From NCBI GenBank assembly GCA_963692945.1, contig OY843585.1:450001-482000 (forward strand): DNA of 32,000 nucleotides, written 5' to 3'. This DNA is from Bdellovibrionales bacterium. GTDB taxonomy: Bacteria; Bdellovibrionota; Bdellovibrionia; Bdellovibrionales; UBA1609. Under the pieces are notes generated by a model. It did not search any database. It had not been told where the DNA came from and worked only from the letters and a program-made list of their open reading frames with translations. The position numbers were made by a program, and so were the translations under genes. Shown here piece after piece: positions 1-8,256 of the stretch (position 1 is its first letter; each line of letters starts with the position of its first letter).

Positions 1-1215
1 AAAGGCAATCCCGTTATTCTTCTTGATGAAGTGGATAAAATGGGGGGAGTTAATTTTAGAGGAGACCCTTCTTCAGCCTTGTTAGAAATTTTAGATCCTG
101 AACAAAATCATACTTTTCAAGATCATTATTTGGAAGTTGAGTATGACCTATCAAATGTTTTATTTATTTGCACAGCAAATAGTCTTCACAACTTGAAGGG
201 ACCCTTGTTAGATCGTATGGAAGTTATTCCTATAGAGGGTTATATAGAGGAAGAAAAAATTCATATTGCAAAAAGGCATTTGATACCTCGTCAAATGAAA
301 CGGCATGGATTAGAAAAATATAAGATAGATATACCAGACACCATTTTAAAAGAAATCATTGGTTATTATACAAAGGAAGCAGGGGTTAGACAGTTAGAAA
401 GGGTTTTTGGAAAAATCTTTCGTAAAGTGGCTAAAAAAATTGTTACTGTTGGAAAAAATATCAAACGAAAAAAAGACTCTGCAAAAGTGCCTGATACCAT
501 TTCTATTTTAACGAGGAAAGATTTAGAGGAGTATCTAGAGGTTAGACAGTATCGGTTTAGTCATTTAGAAGAAGATAGCCTAATTGGTTTAACAAATGGT
601 TTAGCGTGGACAGAAGTAGGAGGAGACACTTTAATTGTAGAAAGTGTGGTTGTTCCGGGTTCTGGAAAGTATAATTTAACAGGTCAGCTTGGTGATGTTA
701 TGAAGGAATCTTGTTCTGCTTCTTTAAGTTATGTTCGGTCTAGAAGTTTATTGTTTGGAATTAAAGATAATTTTTTTAAAGAGCATGATTTTCATATTCA
801 TGTTCCTGAGGGGGCTATTCCTAAAGACGGCCCATCTGCTGGTGTGGCTATTATTACGAGTCTTGTTTCTTCTATTTTAAGGATACCTGTGAGAAATACA
901 GTGGCTATGACAGGAGAAATCACTTTGAGAGGGCGAGTGTTACCTATTGGAGGGTTGAAAGAGAAAGCTTTAGCAGCTCACAGATCAAAATTAAAAAAAA
1001 TAATTATACCTAAAGATAATGAAAAAGATTTGAGAGATATACCAAAAAAGATTTTAAAAGACATTACAGTTGTTCCTGTCAATCATGTAGATCAAGTTTT
1101 AATAGAGGCTTTAGAAATCAATTCTTCGGAACAGATCTTTAAATTCAATCCAGGAACATGGACTAAAAAAGTCACTTCTCAGGTGAAATCTAGGAAAACG
1201 GCTTCCGATTCTTGA
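1..1215 (+). CDS. lon: Lon protease, C-terminal part (5' end outside window)
   Basis: Frame 1 is open from nt 1 (KGNPVILLDEVDKM, the Walker-B end of the AAA+ module). The Lon proteolytic domain has the catalytic Ser motif PKDGPSAGVAI and the downstream GGLKEKALAA Lys. Confidence 0.95.
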   Translation, partial: KGNPVILLDEVDKMGGVNFRGDPSSALLEILDPEQNHTFQDHYLEVEYDLSNVLFICTANSLHNLKGPLLDRMEVIPIEGYIEEEKIHIAKRHLIPRQMKRHGLEKYKIDIPDTILKEIIGYYTKEAGVRQLERVFGKIFRKVAKKIVTVGKNIKRKKDSAKVPDTISILTRKDLEEYLEVRQYRFSHLEEDSLIGLTNGLAWTEVGGDTLIVESVVVPGSGKYNLTGQLGDVMKESCSASLSYVRSRSLLFGIKDNFFKEHDFHIHVPEGAIPKDGPSAGVAIITSLVSSILRIPVRNTVAMTGEITLRGRVLPIGGLKEKALAAHRSKLKKIIIPKDNEKDLRDIPKKILKDITVVPVNHVDQVLIEALEINSSEQIFKFNPGTWTKKVTSQVKSRKTASDS

Positions 1216-1386
1216 TAAGATTTTTTAATAGTTAAAATAAAAAAAGCACTTCAATGAGCTTCTTGAATGTTCTAAAAACAACTTTATTGCCAGAGAAATT
1301 TCATTTTCTTTAGATTTTGTAAAAATAATTGACTTTTTTTCCCTAGGTTTGTAAGGTTTTTTCATATTTTTAAGGAACCTTAAATT

Positions 1387-2706
1387 ATGTCAGATTTTTT
1401 GGATATAGATTCAAAACTTAATTATAGAGACCCACCAGAGAACTACAATTTTGAGTTAGGTCATACTCTTTTTCAAACAGGGAAATTTAAAAGAAGCATT
1501 CCCTATCTAAAAAAAGCTTTAATGGAAAATCTAGATAAAAAAAATTATGAAGATTATCTTTTTTGTCATGGATTGTTGCTTCATATTTTTACAGAATTTT
1601 CTGAGGTGGAAGAGCTCAAAAAGTTACAACAAGATTTTGAAAGAAACAGTCAAGAATTTTCTATCACTCGGAACATAAGATTATTAACCACTCAGGCTTA
1701 TTATTTTATGAATATTGATATTTGTACGGAAGATAAAAACGAGGAAAACAATAAGAAAGCTTTTGAAATTTTAACTGAGGCTTTAAAGTCAGCACTTGAT
1801 TCTTATTCTATGTATTCCAAAGGTCAAGACCCTGTAAAAGATATTGAAGCGAAAATAGATCTTATGAATTGTCTCTATATGTTTATCTTTTATTATTTTC
1901 GTAACCAAGAGTATGAAAAATGTATTAAAGATTTAGACAATTTAAAAATTCTTTTGAATTACTATTTTAATCTTAAGGAGGAGCTTCAATTAAGCAAGTC
2001 TAAGACAGATAATTTTCAGGAACAAAAAACTTATAGTAATGTTTTGGAAATTGTTAGAAAAAATTATCAATACATGCAAAGAATAAAATTGCATATCAAA
2101 TGTGTTGAAGCTTGCGTAGAGTTTGAATACAAACAAGATATTAAAAAATCTGATAAACTTTTACAAGAAAGTTATGAAGTTGCTAATAAAACAGATAACA
2201 CTTATTTTATACCTTACATCTTATTTTATATGGCAGCCAATCATGCAAATCAAAAAGATTTAAAACAAGCAGATATTTTCTTAAACTTAGCAGAACGAAA
2301 TGCAGATTCGGATCGTAAATTGTTTTTTAAAACTGTAGAGATTTTTAAGAATGCGTATGGTTTTGGAAAAAATGGAAATATAGGGAACTATGATATTATT
2401 TTCAATGAAGAGGAGCATTCTATAGTTGAAAAACAGAAAGGTTGTGTTAATTTTAAAAATCAATTTATTTTATTAGATATACTAAAACTTTTTGTTTCTA
2501 ATAAAGGGAGTATTTATTCTAAACAAGACCTTGTACAAAATATATGGAAACAAGAGTATTCCCCTTCAACTCATGACAATAAGATTTATGTAACTATTAA
2601 AAGGTTGAGAGAATTGATTGAGGTTGATATAAACAATCCAAAGTACATTTGTAGAAACAATAGAGGTTATTATTTAAATGAAAAGGCAAAGATTTTGGTT
2701 AAATAG
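1387..2706 (+). CDS. Putative transcriptional regulator: helical/TPR-like N-terminal region plus C-terminal OmpR/PhoB-type winged-helix
   Basis: 439-aa ORF. The C-terminus (LVQNIWKQEYSPSTHDNKIYVTIKRLRELIE...RGYYL) resembles the trans_reg_C winged helix. No receiver domain is visible. Confidence 0.6.
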   Translation: MSDFLDIDSKLNYRDPPENYNFELGHTLFQTGKFKRSIPYLKKALMENLDKKNYEDYLFCHGLLLHIFTEFSEVEELKKLQQDFERNSQEFSITRNIRLLTTQAYYFMNIDICTEDKNEENNKKAFEILTEALKSALDSYSMYSKGQDPVKDIEAKIDLMNCLYMFIFYYFRNQEYEKCIKDLDNLKILLNYYFNLKEELQLSKSKTDNFQEQKTYSNVLEIVRKNYQYMQRIKLHIKCVEACVEFEYKQDIKKSDKLLQESYEVANKTDNTYFIPYILFYMAANHANQKDLKQADIFLNLAERNADSDRKLFFKTVEIFKNAYGFGKNGNIGNYDIIFNEEEHSIVEKQKGCVNFKNQFILLDILKLFVSNKGSIYSKQDLVQNIWKQEYSPSTHDNKIYVTIKRLRELIEVDINNPKYICRNNRGYYLNEKAKILVK

Positions 2707-2722
2707 GATAAGAGGAGGGTAT

Positions 2723-3382
2723 ATGGAAAAAACAATATTTTTATTTTTTATTTTGATAAGTCATTCTATAGGAGCTTCTATAGATAATAATCCTCAAACT
2801 TCTATAGATAATGATCCTCAAACTTCTATAGCTAATGATCTTCAAACAAAGATACCTGCTGAGAGTAACCCTGTTCTTGTGATGGATTTTTCTGAAAATC
2901 AATCTGTAAAGGATACACGCTATTATAAAGTGACTCATTGGAGTGCTTCTAAAAATTATCTGATGATTAGTTTTAAACAGTTAGAAAATTTTACTAGTTC
3001 GGTATATGGCAGATTTGGAAATCATCATAGATCTTCTTCTATTAACAGCACTTGTTTTCTCACTTCTTCTTGGGAAAAAGATGTTTATAGAAACTTTTTA
3101 CCAGACGGAAGTGATTCTATATCTTTCATTTTTAAACGAAATAGTTTAGGTCCTAGACCTTATCCATTTCCTCTTCCATTGCCGTTTCGCAAGGTACAAA
3201 ACAGTTCTAGCAGGCTTGGAAAAGAATATAAAATGGAATCTATAGAGTATGGTGGTAAAAATGATAGAATTATATCTAAAGAAGTTATAGTTGTTGAATT
3301 TATGACAGTTGATGAAAATGTTTCTTCTAGGGATGTTTATAAAGAAGGATTTACTAATTTTATTCCTTGCTCAGATTTATAG
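2723..3382 (+). CDS. Secreted hypothetical protein with 3x 8-aa repeat (SIDNNPQT/SIDNDPQT/SIANDLQT)
   Basis: The internal ATG at 2723 is preceded by AGGAGGG (2712-2718) and gives the signal-like N-terminus MEKTIFLFFILISHSIGA. The ORF-track start at 2678 overlaps the upstream gene and lacks an RBS. Confidence 0.6.
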   Translation: MEKTIFLFFILISHSIGASIDNNPQTSIDNDPQTSIANDLQTKIPAESNPVLVMDFSENQSVKDTRYYKVTHWSASKNYLMISFKQLENFTSSVYGRFGNHHRSSSINSTCFLTSSWEKDVYRNFLPDGSDSISFIFKRNSLGPRPYPFPLPLPFRKVQNSSSRLGKEYKMESIEYGGKNDRIISKEVIVVEFMTVDENVSSRDVYKEGFTNFIPCSDL

Positions 3383-3496
3383 GGTATGTATTTTCCATAA
3401 GTAATAAAAAGGTCTTCTAGTTGATAAGAGTCGTTGTTATTGATTTTGTTTCTTGCTCAAAGTTATAATATATTATACATTTTAGTGTTTTCAATC

Positions 3497-3572
3497 AGGA
3501 GGTTAGCTCAGTTGGTAGAGCGCCACCCTTACAAGGTGGATGTCGTCGGTTCGAATCCGGCACCTCCTACCA
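3497..3572 (+). tRNA. trnV: tRNA-Val (anticodon UAC), CCA encoded
   Basis: A cloverleaf can be read by hand. Acceptor is AGGAGGT/ACCTCCT, D arm GCTC..GAGC, anticodon stem CCACC/GGTGG with loop CTTACAA, and T arm GTCGG-TTCGAAT-CCGGC, followed by discriminator A and CCA. Confidence 0.93.
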
Positions 3573-3577
3573 TTTTT

Positions 3578-3765
3578 ACAAAACTCTAGTTCAATTCTAA
3601 TATCTTTTCTTTTTAGGAGATTTTCGTCGTGAGAGGGATACTCCTCAAACACCTAAAAAGAAAAGAATTCTTACTTATAGTGAACTAGAGAAAACCTACT
3701 GGTTTTCGCACCTGACTTATAGAGGATTAACAAAAAACTCCGTTTTTCGCACCAGACTTTTTATG
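3578..3765. repeat. Modular hairpin repeat element (CAAAACTCTAG family), copy abutting tRNA-Val
   Basis: It starts 6 nt after the tRNA 3' end. Positions 3578-3694 are about 90% identical to the reverse complement of 14491-14603 and 24431-24543. It contains the long AT-rich hairpin CTTTTCTTTTTAGG...CCTAAAAAGAAAAG and the motif CTAGAGAAAACCTACTGGTTTTCGC. Confidence 0.75.
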
Positions 3766-3823
3766 AGATAGAATAAATTATCTTCTTGTAAGGATTTTTT
3801 TTTTAAGTCATAATAATGGATAT

Positions 3824-4495
3824 ATGAAATTTTTTATTTTTTTATTTTCTATTTTGTTTTCATTTCAAACATACAGTCAGTTTGTGTACTACTCAATGCC
3901 TTTTAATAAGAATAAATGTAAAGTTTCAAAGCATAAAAAACCTTATTTCAAAGCTTTTTATTCAGTTTTGAATCCTGATGAATTGGAAAATGATTTTTCA
4001 AGATCAGTTGCTATGGGAGATGTCAAGGCTGTGGAATGTCTTATAAAATCGGGGCTTTTGAAAAAAAATCCTTGGAAGATAACAAGTTCACTTTATATAT
4101 CTATTGTATTTTCTCCTAAGATGTCCAAGCGATTTATAGATTTAGGAGCCGATCTACATCAAGCCATTGGTGTAGGTACAGTAACGAAGGACTATGGAAA
4201 TTCAAGAGCTACAGCTCTTCATGTAGCTATAGGTTATAATCGCATGGAAATATTCAAATACCTTTTAAAAAAAGGAGCGGATGTAAACGCATCGGGTGGT
4301 CATCGCCATTGGCCTATTCAACATGCTGTTTTCCACGATCGTTATGAAATGGCAAAACTTCTTTTGCAATCTGGTGCAGATCCAAACAGGCGTCTTATAT
4401 TTAAAAACGCTTTTGATATTGCAGAAGACAAAAAATCGAGACGATTTATGGATCTGTTAAAACCCTATAAAAGGAAAAAACGGATATCTCAGTAA
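3824..4495 (+). CDS. Secreted ankyrin-repeat protein
   Basis: Signal-like N-terminus MKFFIFLFSILFSFQTYS. ANK repeat signatures are TALHVAIGYNRMEIFKYLLKKGADVNA and WPIQHAVFHDRYEMAKLLLQSGADPN. Confidence 0.85.
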   Translation: MKFFIFLFSILFSFQTYSQFVYYSMPFNKNKCKVSKHKKPYFKAFYSVLNPDELENDFSRSVAMGDVKAVECLIKSGLLKKNPWKITSSLYISIVFSPKMSKRFIDLGADLHQAIGVGTVTKDYGNSRATALHVAIGYNRMEIFKYLLKKGADVNASGGHRHWPIQHAVFHDRYEMAKLLLQSGADPNRRLIFKNAFDIAEDKKSRRFMDLLKPYKRKKRISQ

Positions 4496-4607
4496 CCCTT
4501 GAATTTCAGTTTTTTCAATCCATCCCATTTTTTTGATTCTTTTCTGTAAAAGGGGAGAGTTTTGTAACTGTCTCAAAACAAAAAGTCTCTAATGTAATAA
4601 GTAGATT

Positions 4608-5291
4608 CTATAAATTAAGAATACCTAGCCAAAAAGCAGTGTCTTCATTATTTTTTGATAGAATGGCAGATATATTATCTAAGGTTCGTTCTTTCCTTGA
4701 AACTTCTAGAAGATGACCTGGAATAAAATTTTTACTAATAAATAATAAACGATCGTCTGTTTTAATAGGAAGTTTAAAAATAGAAAAATGAGCATCAGAA
4801 TGTAAGCCTATGAGTTGTGAAGGAAGTGGTGGCAATTGTTCTTTAAAGGGAGAAAAACCTCCTGATAAATCTAGCACATGACCTAAAGTTTGTAAGGGAA
4901 TGTTTGGACGATCTAAATAAATAAAAGGATGACCTATTTGAGCAAAAATAATTTGATGATCAATCTTCATACCACAAACCATTTCATAGCCGAAAAGATA
5001 TTCTGTTTTATTATTTTGCTCGTTAAAAATCCATTGATTGCAAGAAAGGACTAGGTAACGCAACATGTTTTCTTCTTGAGATAAACTTTGAAGTTTAGGG
5101 ACAATATAAGTGACTTCTTCGTCATTAGAGAAAGTCTCATAATTTTGTATCAAAAAATCCATCACATTTTTTGTCTGATGTTTTGGTCCCCATGGAGTTA
5201 TGATAGCGAAGATTTTTAAATCGTCATTGATTAAAACCTCTGGTTGAGGTCTAAAAACGGTTCCACCAAAAGACTGATGTTGTAAATTCAT
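4608..5291 (-). CDS. Hypothetical protein (possible degenerate PP2C/SpoIIE-like fold)
   Basis: 227-aa ORF downstream of the FHA operon on the same strand. There is weak resemblance to PP2C strand motifs (IFAQIGHPFIYL; DDRLLFISKNFIP), but the metal-binding Asp motifs are not evident. Confidence 0.5.
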   Translation of the reverse strand: MNLQHQSFGGTVFRPQPEVLINDDLKIFAIITPWGPKHQTKNVMDFLIQNYETFSNDEEVTYIVPKLQSLSQEENMLRYLVLSCNQWIFNEQNNKTEYLFGYEMVCGMKIDHQIIFAQIGHPFIYLDRPNIPLQTLGHVLDLSGGFSPFKEQLPPLPSQLIGLHSDAHFSIFKLPIKTDDRLLFISKNFIPGHLLEVSRKERTLDNISAILSKNNEDTAFWLGILNL

Positions 5292-5437
5292 ATCTTGTTC
5301 CTTTATAATAGATAATAAATTTTAATAAGGCAATCAACCCTAATATTCCTAATCACTAGTAACATAGTTAATAATAAGTCCTATTCTTTTAAATTTAGAA
5401 TTTTAAGCGACTTCTTTCGTCTTGCATCCCTATAGGA

Positions 5438-7306
5438 TCACTTGTATTTATTTGAAAGAATCGTTGCTTTTTTGTGGTAATGACCACCTTCTATATCTTC
5501 TTTTAAAATTTTCTGCCAGAGTTTTTTAGCCTCTTCAATGTTGGCTAGACTTTCTTCAAAAACACTTTTTGCATAAATATCTTTTAGATTTTTTCTAATA
5601 GTGCTTTTGGCAAGTTCCATATGCTTTTGAGCTTTTGCATCCTCTTTTTTAAATTTTAAAATAGCCTTACATTCATAATAGGCTTTTTTCATTTTACCTT
5701 CTTCAATAAACTTTTCACAATGACTATATAATTTTTTGAGAGTGGTATTGTAATTTGTTTGTATTTTATTCATTTCTTTTTTTGCTTTTTTGCGGAGAGA
5801 AGATAAGCCGGAGATGCCTTTTGAAGAATTAAGAAAGACTTTGTAGGCTGCAACCGCTTTTAAGGGAGTATCCTTTTTATTGATTTTTTTGGCTTTATTA
5901 TAAAGATATCGTTTGCTTTGAATCATTTCTCTGTATTGTTGATTTTTTTCTTCAGCCATTTTAGCAGTAGTCTCTTTTTCTTCTATTTCTAATTTAATAG
6001 AGTTAATAATAGCATTAGAAGGATCAAGTTCTAGAATCTCCTTAGCACAAACATAGAGATCATCTACTGTTTGAAAAGTACTCGATTTTTTTTGACATTC
6101 TTCAGTCATCTTTTTAACTTTTTCTTCTGTTTCTTTTTTCTTTTTCTCATTAGCTAGATACTCATCATACTTCTTTTGATTTTCAGAGGAGTTTTGACAT
6201 TGAGTTAGAATTTGTTTGGAGTCTAAATACATCTCAGTCAATCGGTGGAGTTTATGGATTTCATCAATACAAAATTGAAACTTTTTTTGTTCTAAGAATT
6301 GAACAGCCAAACTGTAAGATTCCTTAATACTATTTGCTTTCTCTATTTCTGCTTTATTTTTTTGTGCTTGCTCTTTACCGTCTTTTTTAGAAGTGAAGAA
6401 AAGTAATCCTAGGAGTAATAATCCACCACCAGAGAATATAGCGATTCTTTTTTTATTAAAGAACTTTGCATTTTTAGGTTGTTCCTCTTCAGGGGAGATT
6501 TCTTCTAAAACTATTTTTGGAAAAGCCATCGTTGTTGGGGAATCCTTTTTTTCTGAAACAACAGCAGGAAGATTGTTCATCATATTTTCAAAATTTTTAT
6601 TTCTGATTTCAAAAGTGATGTTGAGTTCCCCAATAGTTACACGATCTTCTGCGTTTAAAATGTAAGGTTTGTTGGGTTCCATGTCTTCGTTATTTAAAAG
6701 AGAGCCATTAGAACTATTCAAATCTGTTACTGTGAAAGTGTTACCACTTTTTAAGAAACGAATATGTTCTCGGCTTAATACATTGTAATCTATATAAATA
6801 TCACAATTTTCAGATCGTCCTAGAACCCAAGATTCTCCTTCATTGAGAGGCATATGATCTGAACTTTCTCCTTCTATAGAAATATGAAGAGAATGAACAA
6901 GAGAGCTTGGTGCTAGAATTTTTGTAGATTTACTAAAAGTATTATTTTCATTTTTAGATTCAAACTCTTCAGATGTAGATAAGTTTTCGGATTCTTGTTT
7001 GTTTTCAGATGGTTCTTCAACAGAAAACTCAAAGGTGTAGTTGTTTAAGGAAACAGTCATAGAGTTTTCCAATTCTAAGAGATCAATGTTTTCGTTTTCA
7101 AAATAAAGTCCTTTTTTTTCAGAAATAGATTCAATAACCCAATTTCCTGATTCAGGGGATTGATAAATTTTTATATGTTTTCTAGATAATGTTTCATCTT
7201 CAAGTAGTAATTCACAATCTTTTTGACGACCACCAAAATACTCTTGGCCTTCTTCTAACTGAATTTCCTGAATAACTTTTCCTAAATGTTTGATTTTGAG
7301 TTTCAT
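5438..7306 (-). CDS. Membrane protein with two N-terminal FHA domains, one TM segment and a long Lys/Glu-rich helical C-terminal region
   Basis: The second FHA domain is canonical (WVLGRSENCDIYIDYNVLSREHIRF...VTDLNSSNGSLLN); the first is degenerate (GGRQKDCELLLEDETLSRKHIKIY). TM segment is IAIFSGGGLLLLGLLFF. Confidence 0.85.
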   Translation of the reverse strand: MKLKIKHLGKVIQEIQLEEGQEYFGGRQKDCELLLEDETLSRKHIKIYQSPESGNWVIESISEKKGLYFENENIDLLELENSMTVSLNNYTFEFSVEEPSENKQESENLSTSEEFESKNENNTFSKSTKILAPSSLVHSLHISIEGESSDHMPLNEGESWVLGRSENCDIYIDYNVLSREHIRFLKSGNTFTVTDLNSSNGSLLNNEDMEPNKPYILNAEDRVTIGELNITFEIRNKNFENMMNNLPAVVSEKKDSPTTMAFPKIVLEEISPEEEQPKNAKFFNKKRIAIFSGGGLLLLGLLFFTSKKDGKEQAQKNKAEIEKANSIKESYSLAVQFLEQKKFQFCIDEIHKLHRLTEMYLDSKQILTQCQNSSENQKKYDEYLANEKKKKETEEKVKKMTEECQKKSSTFQTVDDLYVCAKEILELDPSNAIINSIKLEIEEKETTAKMAEEKNQQYREMIQSKRYLYNKAKKINKKDTPLKAVAAYKVFLNSSKGISGLSSLRKKAKKEMNKIQTNYNTTLKKLYSHCEKFIEEGKMKKAYYECKAILKFKKEDAKAQKHMELAKSTIRKNLKDIYAKSVFEESLANIEEAKKLWQKILKEDIEGGHYHKKATILSNKYK

Positions 7307-7322
7307 AGACTACGCTCTTTTT

Positions 7323-8255
7323 TCAAATTTTATTTTCAAGTTTCAACTGGCATAACTTTCTGTTTTCTCTAGCTTCTTTATAAACAGGGCTTGAAGAATT
7401 TTGTATCATAATTTCTATGCTTTTAAAAGTCGCTTGACAGGCTTCATATTGTTTATTTTTTTTATAAGTTTTACCTAGTATAACTTTTTTCTGTATAAGT
7501 TTTTCTAATTGAATTTGAGATTTTCTAATATAACTTTTACATAAATCGTGGTTGTTCTGGATGGTTGTACATTGTTCAAAAAACTTTAAAGCTCTATGGT
7601 AGTAACCTTTTCTATAATCTCTAAATCCTTTTATAAATGTTACACGAGCCAATTTTTGTTCAGAAGTAAGAGTTTTTTTAGTGATTTCTTTTTCAGAAAG
7701 AGATTTTAGAGCATCAATTTCTTCTAACATTTCTTGTTGTGTTCTCAAACCTTTTTTGGCTTGTTCTTTTTTGACCTCTTGATCTAAGAAAAGATATCCT
7801 ATAGCAAAACAAATAAAAACGATGAACCCTACTCTTATAAAATTTTTAGATTTTTTTTGTTTTAACAAAAGAGATTCTTGTTGATGTTTTTGGTATTCAG
7901 AAGATTTTTGAACAGGAAGAGGGGCTTTATTCATAAATAAGAACTGTGATTTTCCAATAATTATAATATCTTTTTCTTTAAGTTTGTGATGGGTTACAGG
8001 TTGTTTATTTATAATAACAGGGTTTGTAGGGTCTAGAGATTTAATACTGTATTGATTGTCATTATCATAAGTGATTAGAGCATGGTTTTCAGAACAAGAG
8101 ATATTATTTTTTAAAATAATATCACAGTCAGAAGATAGCCCAATAGATATTTTTAAACCTAAAAGCCGAAACTGCTTACCTGCATAAGGGCCACTTACAA
8201 TTTTTAAAATTGCAGATTCTTCTAGTGATCTTGTTTTTGTTGGGAGATGACTCAT
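7323..8255 (-). CDS. FHA-like domain membrane protein with helical (TPR-like) C-terminus
   Basis: The N-terminus (ISIGLSSDCDIILKNNISCSENHALITYD...) is a degenerate FHA domain. TM segment is FIRVGFIVFICFAIGYLF. It starts 1 nt after the stop of the upstream gene. Confidence 0.72.
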   Translation of the reverse strand: MSHLPTKTRSLEESAILKIVSGPYAGKQFRLLGLKISIGLSSDCDIILKNNISCSENHALITYDNDNQYSIKSLDPTNPVIINKQPVTHHKLKEKDIIIIGKSQFLFMNKAPLPVQKSSEYQKHQQESLLLKQKKSKNFIRVGFIVFICFAIGYLFLDQEVKKEQAKKGLRTQQEMLEEIDALKSLSEKEITKKTLTSEQKLARVTFIKGFRDYRKGYYHRALKFFEQCTTIQNNHDLCKSYIRKSQIQLEKLIQKKVILGKTYKKNKQYEACQATFKSIEIMIQNSSSPVYKEARENRKLCQLKLENKI

Positions 8256-8256
8256 C

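Noticed and set aside
2741-2938. Other short overlapping or antisense ORFs: 2741-2938, 11343-11549, 11835-12053, 16726-17037, 20134-20319, 21926-22108, 22317-22565, 25137-25319, 26259-26552, 27388-27666, 29749-29937 and 31204-31404.
   Set aside because: Each is embedded in or antisense to a better-supported gene or a repeat element. None has a recognisable motif or RBS.
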